The position numbers were made by a program, and so were the translations under genes. From positions 22,328-42,685 of the forward strand of contig PLCF01000026.1 in NCBI GenBank assembly GCA_003135555.1: a stretch of 20,358 bases of DNA. Reading direction: 5' to 3'. The notes under the pieces were generated by a model, which was not told the DNA's origin, ran no database searches, and saw only the letters and a list, made by a program, of their open reading frames with translations. Below are positions 7,332 to 16,288 of the stretch, piece after piece. Every line of letters starts with the position of its first letter. Within the stretch, counting starts at the first letter, position 1. This DNA is from Vulcanimicrobiota bacterium (GTDB taxonomy: Bacteria; Vulcanimicrobiota; Vulcanimicrobiia; Vulcanimicrobiales; Vulcanimicrobiaceae).

Positions 7332-9499
7332 TCCCGGCCGAACGGCTCGCAGCGATCGAGTCGGCCCGCGAAGGCGACCCGTTCGCCATTTTGGGTCCGC
7401 ACGCGCTGGGGACCGGAACGGTGGTGCGCGCCTTCATCCCCGACGCGCAGCGCGTCGCCGTGGTGGACGCCCGCGGAGGGGTCCTCGCGCAGGGCGAGCG
7501 CGTGGGAACCGCCGGATTCTTCGAAGCGTTCGTCGCCGAGCTCCCGCGACGGTATCGCCTGCGCGTCGAGTCCGCGGGCGGGACGCGCACCATCGACGAT
7601 CCGTACCGCTTCGGCCCACTTCTCGGCGAGCTCGACGTCTGGCTGTTCGCGCAGGGCAATCACCTCGATCTCTACCGCGTGCTCGGCGCGCACGTCGACC
7701 AGATCGACGGTGTGGCCGGTACGCGCTTCGCGGTATGGGCGCCCAACGCGACGCGCGTGAGCGCCGTCGGCGACTGGAACGCGTGGGACGGTCGCGTCCA
7801 CGCCATGCGCCTACGCCGCGAGGTGGGCGTGTGGGAGCTGTTCATCCCCGCGGTCGGCCCCGGTGCGCGCTACAAGTTCGAGCTGCTCGGGCCGCACGGA
7901 AACCTGCTGCCGCTGCGCGCCGATCCGTTTGCGTTCGCGAGCGAGCGGCGGCCGGGCAACGCCTCGGTGGTCACCGCACCGCCGGCGCACGCCTGGAACG
8001 ACGAGGCGTGGATGGCCGTGCGCGCCGCGAAGCAGCGGCGCGACGCGCCGATCCACATCTACGAGGTGCACCTCGGCTCGTGGAAGCGCGTCCCCGAAGA
8101 AAACGATCGTTTTCTGACCTACGGCGAGTTGGCCGCGCAGCTGATCCCCTACGTCGCCGACCTCGGCTTCACGCACATCGAGTTGTTGCCCGTCACCGAG
8201 CATCCGTTCGACTTGAGCTGGGGGTATCAGACGACGGGCTGGTTCGCGCCGACGAGCCGCTTCGGCGGCCCCGACGATTTTCGCGCCTTCGTCGACGCGG
8301 CCCATGCCGCGGGGATCGGCGTCATCCTCGATTGGATCCCCGGGCACTTCCCGACCGACGCGCACTCGCTGGGCAACTTCGACGGCACGCCATTGTACGA
8401 GCATGCCGACGCGCGCGAAGGCTTTCATCGCGAGTGGGGGACGTACGTCTTCAACCTGGGCCGGATCGAAGTGGCGAACTTTCTCGTCGCGTCGGCGCTG
8501 TACTGGCTGCGCGAGTTCCATATCGACGGCTTGCGCGTCGATGCGGTCGCTTCGATCTTGTACCGTGACTACTCGCGCAAAGAAGGCGAGTGGATCCCCA
8601 ACAAGTACGGCGGGCGCGAGAACCTCGAAGCGGTGGCGTTCTTGCAGCGTCTCAACGCGACGGCCTACGGCGAGGTGCCAGGGATCGCGACCTTCGCCGA
8701 AGAGTCGACCGCGTGGCCGGGCGTAACGGCGCCCACCGACGTCGGCGGGCTGGGCTTCGGCTACAAGTGGAACATGGGCTGGATGCACGACACGCTGCGG
8801 TTCCTCGAGCGCGATCCGCTCTTCCGCGGCCACCATCTCAACGAGATCTCGTTCGGGTTGATCTACGCCTTCAGCGAGAACTTCGTGCTGCCGCTCTCGC
8901 ACGACGAAGTCGTGCACGGAAAGCGGTCGCTGCTGGGCCGCATGCCGGGCGCCGAATACCAGCAGTTCGCCAGCCTGCGACTGCTCTACGCGCTAATGTG
9001 GGCGCATCCCGGAAAGAAGCTGCTCTTTGCCGGCGGAGAGTTCGCGCAACGCGGCGAGTGGCGGGCCGAGGCGTCGTTGGACTGGCACCTGCTGCACGGC
9101 CGTCATCGCGGCGTGCAGCAGCTCGTCAAGGATCTCAACCGGCTGGGGCGCGCGCACGGTGCGCTGCACGAGCGCGACTGCGAACCGGCCGGGTTCGAGT
9201 GGATCGCCTACGACGACGCCCGCAACGGCGTGGCTTCGTTCATTCGATGGGACGCGGCGCGCGACGGGCACGTCGTGTGCGTGTGCAACTTCAGCGGCGC
9301 GCGCCACGACGGCTACCTGCTGGGCGTTCCGCGCAGCGGCTCCTACGTCGAGCTGCTCAACACCGACGCCGAAGCGTACGGCGGGTCGAACTTGGGTAAC
9401 CGGGGTTCCGTAACGGCAACCGATCGCGCCGCGCACGGACGCCCGTACTCGGTATCCGTGACGCTGCCGCCTCTTTCGACGCTCTGGCTGACGCCATGA
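7328..9499 (+). CDS. glgB: 1,4-alpha-glucan branching enzyme (GH13_9)
   Basis: FAVWAPNA, IYEVHLGSW, SWGYQ, and catalytic motifs DGLRVDAV, AEEST and LSHDEVVHGK. Confidence 0.97.
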   Translation: MIPAERLAAIESAREGDPFAILGPHALGTGTVVRAFIPDAQRVAVVDARGGVLAQGERVGTAGFFEAFVAELPRRYRLRVESAGGTRTIDDPYRFGPLLGELDVWLFAQGNHLDLYRVLGAHVDQIDGVAGTRFAVWAPNATRVSAVGDWNAWDGRVHAMRLRREVGVWELFIPAVGPGARYKFELLGPHGNLLPLRADPFAFASERRPGNASVVTAPPAHAWNDEAWMAVRAAKQRRDAPIHIYEVHLGSWKRVPEENDRFLTYGELAAQLIPYVADLGFTHIELLPVTEHPFDLSWGYQTTGWFAPTSRFGGPDDFRAFVDAAHAAGIGVILDWIPGHFPTDAHSLGNFDGTPLYEHADAREGFHREWGTYVFNLGRIEVANFLVASALYWLREFHIDGLRVDAVASILYRDYSRKEGEWIPNKYGGRENLEAVAFLQRLNATAYGEVPGIATFAEESTAWPGVTAPTDVGGLGFGYKWNMGWMHDTLRFLERDPLFRGHHLNEISFGLIYAFSENFVLPLSHDEVVHGKRSLLGRMPGAEYQQFASLRLLYALMWAHPGKKLLFAGGEFAQRGEWRAEASLDWHLLHGRHRGVQQLVKDLNRLGRAHGALHERDCEPAGFEWIAYDDARNGVASFIRWDAARDGHVVCVCNFSGARHDGYLLGVPRSGSYVELLNTDAEAYGGSNLGNRGSVTATDRAAHGRPYSVSVTLPPLSTLWLTP

Positions 9500-9559
9500 C
9501 GGAGTCATGCTGCGCATGACGGAGTCACGGTGCGCATGACGGAGTCACGGTGCGCGTGA
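9496..9559 (+). repeat. Three tandem 20-nt units forming chained mini-ORFs MTESCCA*, MTESRCA*, MTESRCA*
   Basis: 9496 ATGACGGAGTCATGCTGCGC; 9516 and 9536 ATGACGGAGTCACGGTGCGC; then GTGA at 9556-9559. Confidence 0.95.
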
Positions 9560-11634
9560 TCGCGGTGCGGCCGCGCGTCGAGGCGGGGCTGCCGTACCCG
9601 CTCGGCGCGACCTGGGATGGAACCGGCGTGAACTTCGCGCTCTTCAGCGCCAACGCGGAGAAGGTCGAGCTGTGCGCGTTCGATCCGCGCGGACGCCGCG
9701 AGATCGCGCGCATCGTGCTGCCCGAGTACACCGACGAGGTGTGGCACGGTTATCTGCCCGAGGCCCGCCCCGGGATGCTGTACGGCTACCGCGTCTACGG
9801 TCCGTACGACCCGGAACGCGGCCACCGCTTCAACCACCACAAGCTGTTGCTCGACCCGTATGCCAAAGCGTTCGCCGGGAAGCTGCGCTGGACCGACGCG
9901 CACTACGGCTATCGCATCGGCGCGCACCGCGAGGACCTCTCGTTCGACCGGCGCGACAATGCCAGCGCGATGCCGAAGTGCGTGGTGCTCGAGAGCGCGT
10001 TCACCTGGGGTGAGGATCATCGCCCGCCGGTGCCCTGGACCGACACGGTGATCTACGAACTGCACGTAAAGGGGTTCACCGTCGGCCACCCCGGCGTCGC
10101 GCCGGCGCTGCGCGGCACCTTCACCGGATTGGCCGCGCCGGCCGTGGTCGGGTATCTCAAGGAACTGGGCGTGACCACGCTCGAGCTGTTGCCGGTGCAG
10201 GCGTTCGTCGACGACCGCCGGCTGATCGAACGCAAGCTGCGCAACTACTGGGGCTACAACTCGATCGGCTACTTCGCCCCTGAGCAGCGCTACCTCCAGA
10301 ACGATCCCAGCGAGTTCAAGACGATGGTCAAGCACCTGCACGAAGCCGGGATCGAGATCGTGCTCGACGTCGTGTACAACCACACCGCGGAAGGGAATCA
10401 ACTCGGTCCGACATTCTCGTTCAAGGGGATCGACAACGCCTCGTACTACCGCCTCGCCGACGACCGCCGCTACTACGACGACGTCACCGGTACCGGAAAC
10501 ACCCTCGATCTGCGCCATCCGCGCGTGTTGCAGCTCGTGATGGACTCGCTGCGCTACTGGGCCGAGGAGATGCACGTCGACGGGTTCCGCTTCGATCTCG
10601 CGCCGGCGCTGGCGCGCGAGGACGGCGGTTACCGGCGCGACGCGGCGCTTTTCAAGGCGATCCAGCAAGACCCGGTGCTGTCGCGTCTCAAGATGATCGC
10701 CGAACCCTGGGACGTCGGGCCGAGCGGCTATCAAGTCGGCAACTTTCCGCCCGGCTGGTCGGAGTGGAACGGCAAGTACCGCGATACGGTGCGGCGTTTC
10801 TGGAAAGGCGATCTGGGCACGCTGCCCGAGCTGGCCTCGCGCCTGGCCGGCTCGTCCGATCTGTTCGCGCACAACGGCCGGCGCCCGCGCGCCAGCGTGA
10901 ACTTCGTTACCGTCCACGACGGCTTCACGCTCAACGACCTCGTCTCGTACAACCACAAGCACAACGAAGCCAACCACGAGGACAATTACGACGGCGCCAA
11001 CGACAACGAAAGTTGGAACTGCGGGGTCGAAGGGCCGACGACCGATTCGGCGATCATCGACTTGCGCGAGCGCCAGAAGCGCAACTTCATCGCTACCCTG
11101 ATGCTGTCGTTGGGGGTTCCGATGATCGCCGCGGGCGACGAGCACGGGCGCTCGCAGCGCGGCAACAACAACGCGTACTGCCAAGACAACGAGATCTCGT
11201 GGCTCGACTGGAGCTCCGCGAACCCGCGCGACCTCGCGCTGGCCGAGTTCGTCAAGCTGATGCTGCGGCTGCGGCGCGAGCACCCCGCGTTCAAGCGCGA
11301 CGCGTTCTACCGCGGCGCGCCGGTCGAGCCCGGCGGCCCCAAGGACATCGCTTGGATGGGTCCCGACGGCTACGAGATGGGCACAGAGGACTGGACGCCC
11401 GACCGCCGCACGATCGGCCTCTACCTGGGCGCTCGGCCGATGCTCTTGGTCGCCATGAACGCCGCGCCCGACGACGTCGGGTTCGCCCTGCCCGACGTCG
11501 AGCGCGTCTCGTGGTCGCTCGTGCTCGACACCGCGATCGAGGGCGGGGCGCCGCGCAACGTCCCGCGCGACGTCGTCGTCATCTATCCGATGGTCTCGCA
11601 CTCGCTCGCGCTTTTCGCAGGGAGCGTCCGGTGA
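9556..11634 (+). CDS. glgX: Glycogen debranching enzyme / isoamylase (GH13_11)
   Basis: PYPLGATWDG, NYWGYN, DVVYNHT, DGFRFDLA, IAEPWD, HDGFTL. GTG at 9556 is chosen because it overlaps the last mini-ORF stop and mirrors the glgB junction; the track start at 9550 lies inside the repeat. Confidence 0.96.
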   Translation: MIAVRPRVEAGLPYPLGATWDGTGVNFALFSANAEKVELCAFDPRGRREIARIVLPEYTDEVWHGYLPEARPGMLYGYRVYGPYDPERGHRFNHHKLLLDPYAKAFAGKLRWTDAHYGYRIGAHREDLSFDRRDNASAMPKCVVLESAFTWGEDHRPPVPWTDTVIYELHVKGFTVGHPGVAPALRGTFTGLAAPAVVGYLKELGVTTLELLPVQAFVDDRRLIERKLRNYWGYNSIGYFAPEQRYLQNDPSEFKTMVKHLHEAGIEIVLDVVYNHTAEGNQLGPTFSFKGIDNASYYRLADDRRYYDDVTGTGNTLDLRHPRVLQLVMDSLRYWAEEMHVDGFRFDLAPALAREDGGYRRDAALFKAIQQDPVLSRLKMIAEPWDVGPSGYQVGNFPPGWSEWNGKYRDTVRRFWKGDLGTLPELASRLAGSSDLFAHNGRRPRASVNFVTVHDGFTLNDLVSYNHKHNEANHEDNYDGANDNESWNCGVEGPTTDSAIIDLRERQKRNFIATLMLSLGVPMIAAGDEHGRSQRGNNNAYCQDNEISWLDWSSANPRDLALAEFVKLMLRLRREHPAFKRDAFYRGAPVEPGGPKDIAWMGPDGYEMGTEDWTPDRRTIGLYLGARPMLLVAMNAAPDDVGFALPDVERVSWSLVLDTAIEGGAPRNVPRDVVVIYPMVSHSLALFAGSVR

Positions 11635-13637
11635 GCGCCAGTGTCGCGCGTTCGTACGTCGACGCACTCGGTACCGAGCGGCTCGCGCCGCCGCAAACCG
11701 TGGCACAGTTCGAGGAGCTCGTCGCGGAAGAGCCGCATCATTTCGTCGCGCCGGCGCTGGTGTTGCGTGCCGGCGAAATGCTGAGCCTGGACGTGACGCT
11801 GCCGGCGATGAGCTGGACCGAGCCCTTGCAATGGGCGCTCGTGCGTGAGGACGGCAGCACCGAGGACGGCGTCGTGGCGTTGCGCGACGCGCCGGTGCTC
11901 GCCGCCGACCACCGGCCGGCGTCGACCTACGACACGCGCCGCATCGCGATCGCCGGACCGCAGCCGCTCGGCACCCACCAGCTTTCGCTCACGGTCGACG
12001 CGTATGCTCGCGCCCTGGTGCGCGTCCTCGTGGTCCCCGAGCGCGCGCACCAACCGCGCGGACGCGTTTGGGGGATCGCGCTGCAGCTCTATGCGCTGCG
12101 CTCCGCTCGCAATCACGGCATCGGCGATTTCGCCGACCTGCGCGCGGTGTGCCGGTTGCTGGGCGAGCGCGGCGCCAGCTACGTCGGGATCAATCCCTTG
12201 CACGCGACCTTCCGCGGCGATCCGGAGTCGGCGAGCCCGTACGCGGCCTCGTCGCGGCGCTGGCTGAACTGGCTCTACATCGCCGTCGACGAGGTGCCCG
12301 AGCACGCCGGCGCCGCCGCTCGCGCCGATGCGTTCGACCCCTTGTGCGCGGCCGATCACGTCGCCTATGCCGGCGTCGCGGCCGCCAAGGACGAGCTGTT
12401 GCGCGGGTGTTTCGCAGCCCTCGCCGGCGACGCTGCGCGGGCCGCGGCATTCGCCGCCTGGTGCGACGAGCAAGGCGAACCGTTGCGGCGCTTCGCGGTT
12501 TTCGAAGCGCTCGTCGCGCGCTTCGGCCGCGAGCTGAGTACCTGGCCGCAGGCATTCGCCGGGCCGGACTCACCCGACGTCGCACTGTTCGGCGCGGCCG
12601 AAGAGTCCGAGGTGCGCTACTCGATGTACCTGCAATGGCTCGCGGCCGAGCAGCTCGCCGCGGTTAGCGCGGACGCGGCGCGCTGCGGCGTACGGCTCTA
12701 TCGCGACCTCGCCGTCGGCGTCGACCCCAACTCCGCCGACGTCTGGGCCGACGCGGGGGCATACCTCCCGCACGTCTCGGTCGGCGCGCCGCCCGACCTG
12801 CTCAACACGCTGGGCCAGGACTGGGGGCTTCCCCCGCTCGATCCGCGCGGGTTGGCGCGGGAAGGCTACGCCGAGCTGCTCGCGATCATGCAGTCCAACT
12901 GCCGCAACGCCGGCGCACTGCGCATCGATCACGCCTTCTCGTTGGCCCGGCTGTACTGGATTCCGCGCGGCGCCGACCCCCGCAGCGGAACCTACGTGAC
13001 GTATCCGCTCGACGACCTGTGCGGCGTTGTCGCGTTGGCCAGCGTGCGCGAAGGCTGCGTCGTGATCGGCGAGGATCTCGGCACGCTGCCGGAGGGGTTC
13101 CGGGAGCGCATGGAAGCGGTCGGGATCCTGTCGTACCGCATCTTGTTCTTCGAGCGCCGCGCCGACGGCGCGTTCGTCCCGCCCGAGGAGTACCCAGCCC
13201 TCGCGCTAGCCGCATCAGGGACGCACGACCTGCCGACGATCTCCGCCTGGCTGCGGGGCGAGGACGTCGAGCTGCGCGACCGCTTGGGCCTGCTCGAGAC
13301 GCCGCTGGATGCCGACAAAGACGCGCGCGCGCGCGACCGCACGGCGCTGCTCGATGTGCTCGTCGCGCACGGCGACCTCGCCCCGGACGAGCTCGACGAC
13401 GACACGGCCGTGGTCGTGGCGGCGAACCGCTACCTCGCCGCGACACCGTGCGCGATCGTGATGGCGCAACTCGACGACATCCTGGTCGAACGAGCCCCCG
13501 TCAACGTCCCGGGAACCTCCACGCAGTACCCGAATTGGCGTCGAAAGCTGAGCACGCCCATCGAGGCCCTCGCCTCCGACGACCGCCTCGCCCGCCTCTG
13601 CGATGCCCTACAGCAGCTACGCCCGCGTGAAAACTAA
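11631..13637 (+). CDS. malQ: 4-alpha-glucanotransferase / amylomaltase (GH77)
   Basis: GIGDFADL, SPY, GAPPD..GQDWGLPP, and catalytic motifs LRIDH, GEDLG and THD. The start GTG overlaps the glgX TGA (GTGA 11631-11634); the track extension to 10764 is an off-frame shadow of glgX. Confidence 0.95.
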   Translation: MSASVARSYVDALGTERLAPPQTVAQFEELVAEEPHHFVAPALVLRAGEMLSLDVTLPAMSWTEPLQWALVREDGSTEDGVVALRDAPVLAADHRPASTYDTRRIAIAGPQPLGTHQLSLTVDAYARALVRVLVVPERAHQPRGRVWGIALQLYALRSARNHGIGDFADLRAVCRLLGERGASYVGINPLHATFRGDPESASPYAASSRRWLNWLYIAVDEVPEHAGAAARADAFDPLCAADHVAYAGVAAAKDELLRGCFAALAGDAARAAAFAAWCDEQGEPLRRFAVFEALVARFGRELSTWPQAFAGPDSPDVALFGAAEESEVRYSMYLQWLAAEQLAAVSADAARCGVRLYRDLAVGVDPNSADVWADAGAYLPHVSVGAPPDLLNTLGQDWGLPPLDPRGLAREGYAELLAIMQSNCRNAGALRIDHAFSLARLYWIPRGADPRSGTYVTYPLDDLCGVVALASVREGCVVIGEDLGTLPEGFRERMEAVGILSYRILFFERRADGAFVPPEEYPALALAASGTHDLPTISAWLRGEDVELRDRLGLLETPLDADKDARARDRTALLDVLVAHGDLAPDELDDDTAVVVAANRYLAATPCAIVMAQLDDILVERAPVNVPGTSTQYPNWRRKLSTPIEALASDDRLARLCDALQQLRPREN

Positions 13638-13638
13638 C

Positions 13639-13776
13639 ATGAAGGCAGAAAGCACCATGATGTTACGCGCGCCCACGGGGAATCTCGACCGTATCGCAAC
13701 CGCGAGCGCGCGCACGTCGGGGGGCCCCACGCGCAGCGTGGGGGGCGCGGAGCGGAGCGCAGCGCCGTCAAAATGA
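13639..13776 (+). other. 134-nt MIRU-like intergenic insert flanked by ATGA, carrying a 45-codon ORF
   Basis: ATG 13639 (1 nt after the malQ TAA) reads MKAESTMMLRAPTGNLDRIATASARTSGGPTRSVGGAERSAAPSK to TGA 13774-13776, which overlaps the next ATG at 13773. Internal hairpin CCCCACGC-gca-GCGTGGGG at 13725-13743. Confidence 0.6.
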
Positions 13777-16283
13777 AAGCTGTATTGATGGCTGGGGGCG
13801 AGGGCTCCCGGCTTCGGCCACTGACCTCGCGACGGCCGAAGCCGCTGGCGCCGGTCGCCGGCAAACCGATCATGGAGTTGATCGTCGAGCTGCTGCACAA
13901 GCATGGGTTGCGCGAGGTCGTGGCGACGCTGCACTACCTCGCCGACGAGATCGAGGCCTATTTCGGCGACGGGAGCGCGCACGGGGTGACGATGCACTAC
14001 GTCGTCGAGGACACCCCGCTGGGAACCGCGGGCGCGGTCAAGATGGCGCACGACCTGCTGATCGGCGAAACGTTCCTGGTCATCAGCGGGGACGCGCTGA
14101 CCAACCTCGATCTGAGCGCGGTGGTGCGGCACCACCGCGAACAGGGGAACGACGTCACCATCGCGCTGCAGCGCGTGACCAACCCGCTGGAATTCGGCGT
14201 CGTCGTAACCGACGAGTCGGGCCGCATCGTGCGGTTTCTCGAGAAACCGTCCTGGGGTGAGGTCTTCTCCGACACGATCAACACCGGGATCTACGTGCTC
14301 GAACCGTCGATCCTTGACCGGATGCAGCGCGGCAAGGTCTACGATTTCTCCAAGGACCTGTTTCCCGACATGCTGCGCGAGGGGGCCAAACTCGGCGGCT
14401 ACGTGATCGACGCCTACTGGACGGACATCGGAAACCTCGAACAGTACCAACAAGCCAACTACGACGCGATCTCGGGCTACGTCGGCATCGAGTTCCCGGG
14501 CACGCAAGTCGCCCCCGGCGTCTATGCCGGCGAGGGCACGCGGATCGATCCGGACGCGCGGATCGAGGGGCCGGTGGTGATCGGACGCGACGTCCGCATC
14601 GCAGCCGGAACGTCGATCGTGGGACCCACCGTCATCGGCGACCGCACGATCGTGGGACGCGCAGCGAACGTCTGCCGCAGCGTGCTGTGGGAGGACGTGT
14701 ACGTCGGCGAGGAGGCGTCGCTGAGCGACTGCACCGTGGCCGACCGCAACATCATCGAGAAGCGCGCCAAGGTCAACGAGAACACCGTGCTCGGTCGCGG
14801 CTGCACGATCGGCGCCGGCGCGACGGTGAACGCGCACCTCAAACTGTGGCCCGACAAGTGGGTCAGCGCGGGCTCGATCGTCTCGATGTCGCTGATCTAC
14901 GGCCAGAAATGGCCCGGCTCGCTGTTCGGGTCGGTAGGGATCAGCGGTCTGGCGAACCTGGAGATTACCCCGGAGTTCGCACTCAAGCTCGGGCAGGCGT
15001 TCGGCACGTGGCTCAAACCCGGCCAGACGGTGATGACCAGTCGCGACACGCACCCGGCGTCGCGCGTGATGAACCGCTGCGTGATCTCCGGCTTGTTGTC
15101 GGTGGGCGTCAACGTACTCGACCTGCGGTCCTATCCGCTGCCGCTGGCACGCTACGCGGTGCGCGTCGGGAGCGACGGCGGGATGCACGTGCGCATCGCT
15201 CCCGACGATCCCAACTCGATCGTCTTCGAGTTCTTCGACGGTACGGGGATCGGGATCGACAAAGGCGCCGAACGCAAGATCGAAAACCTGTTTTTCCGCG
15301 AGGACTTCCGCCGCACGCCGATGGACGAGGTCGGCCGGCTGGATTTCCCCTCGCGCGCGCTCGAGCGGTACACCGCTTCGTTCGCGCAGGCGCTGCACGC
15401 CGAAGCGATCAAGTTCGCGAACTTCCGCGTGGTGATCGACTATGCGTTCGGCAACGCGTCGATCGTGCTGCCGCAGATCCTGGGCGGACTGGGCGTCGAA
15501 CAAATCGCGCTCAACGCCTACTTCGACGCCGCCAAGGTGCGCACGTTCCACGAGGACCGCGAGCGCCATCTGCAACAGCTCACCTCGGTCGTCACCTCGC
15601 TCGAGGCGAATCTGGGCGTGCTCATCGACGCCGACGGCGAGACCGTGACGGTGGTCGACGACGCCGGCCAGATCGTGGGCCGCAACCGCCTCATGGCGCT
15701 GCTCACGCTGCTGGTCGCACGGGCGACCCCCGGTGCGCGCATCGCGATGCCGCTCACGGTGCCGACGGTGGTAGAACGCATCGCGGCCGACAACGGCGCC
15801 ACGATCGTCCGCACGCGCAGCGACCGTCGCTCGCTCATGGCGCTGGCCGAACAGGAAGGCCGCGGACTGGCGTTTGCGGGCGGGATGAACTACGAGCTGA
15901 TCTTCCCGGAGTTCCAGCCGGCGTTCGACGGCATCTACGCGACGGCCAAGATCATGGAGTTGCTCGCTGCCGAGCACCGTCCGCTCTCCGAGCTGGTCGC
16001 GATGATCCCATCCTGGCACGTCGCGGGCCGGGTCGTGCCGTGTCCGTGGGACCGCAAAGGCGCGGTGATGCGTTCGCTCCACGACGAGGCCGCCCACGGC
16101 GGCAACGGCAAAGTCGAGACGCTCGACGGAATTCGCCTCCCGCGCTCCGACGGCTGGGTGCTCGTCCTTCCCGACGCCACCGACGCGTCGGTCAACGTCT
16201 GGGCGGAAGGCAACTCCGACGACGAGGCCGCGCGCTACGCCGACGAGATCGTCGAACGCGTGCGCGCGATCGCGGCCGGTTGA
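13773..16283 (+). CDS. Mannose-1-phosphate guanylyltransferase-like nucleotidyltransferase + left-handed beta-helix + phosphoglucomutase/phosphomannomutase-like fusion
   Basis: MKAVLMAGGEGSRLRPLT..PKPL, PLGTAG, EKP and YWTDIG; hexapeptide repeats; C-terminal alpha-phosphohexomutase-like domains (LFG..GISG, VVIDYAFG, DGIRL..GWVLVLP). Confidence 0.92.
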   Translation: MKAVLMAGGEGSRLRPLTSRRPKPLAPVAGKPIMELIVELLHKHGLREVVATLHYLADEIEAYFGDGSAHGVTMHYVVEDTPLGTAGAVKMAHDLLIGETFLVISGDALTNLDLSAVVRHHREQGNDVTIALQRVTNPLEFGVVVTDESGRIVRFLEKPSWGEVFSDTINTGIYVLEPSILDRMQRGKVYDFSKDLFPDMLREGAKLGGYVIDAYWTDIGNLEQYQQANYDAISGYVGIEFPGTQVAPGVYAGEGTRIDPDARIEGPVVIGRDVRIAAGTSIVGPTVIGDRTIVGRAANVCRSVLWEDVYVGEEASLSDCTVADRNIIEKRAKVNENTVLGRGCTIGAGATVNAHLKLWPDKWVSAGSIVSMSLIYGQKWPGSLFGSVGISGLANLEITPEFALKLGQAFGTWLKPGQTVMTSRDTHPASRVMNRCVISGLLSVGVNVLDLRSYPLPLARYAVRVGSDGGMHVRIAPDDPNSIVFEFFDGTGIGIDKGAERKIENLFFREDFRRTPMDEVGRLDFPSRALERYTASFAQALHAEAIKFANFRVVIDYAFGNASIVLPQILGGLGVEQIALNAYFDAAKVRTFHEDRERHLQQLTSVVTSLEANLGVLIDADGETVTVVDDAGQIVGRNRLMALLTLLVARATPGARIAMPLTVPTVVERIAADNGATIVRTRSDRRSLMALAEQEGRGLAFAGGMNYELIFPEFQPAFDGIYATAKIMELLAAEHRPLSELVAMIPSWHVAGRVVPCPWDRKGAVMRSLHDEAAHGGNGKVETLDGIRLPRSDGWVLVLPDATDASVNVWAEGNSDDEAARYADEIVERVRAIAAG

Positions 16284-16288
16284 ACGCG

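Noticed and set aside
9496..9555. CRISPR array interpretation of the 20-nt repeats
   Set aside because: Units are directly adjacent with no spacers, and there are no cas genes in the window.
10764..11630. 957-aa MalQ with a long N-terminal extension
   Set aside because: Arg-rich off-frame reading of glgX; the GTGA overlap at 11631 gives a normal-sized MalQ.
14687..16279. 1266-aa peptidase ORF
   Set aside because: Off-frame shadow of the nucleotidyltransferase gene; the signal peptide begins at 16280-16289.
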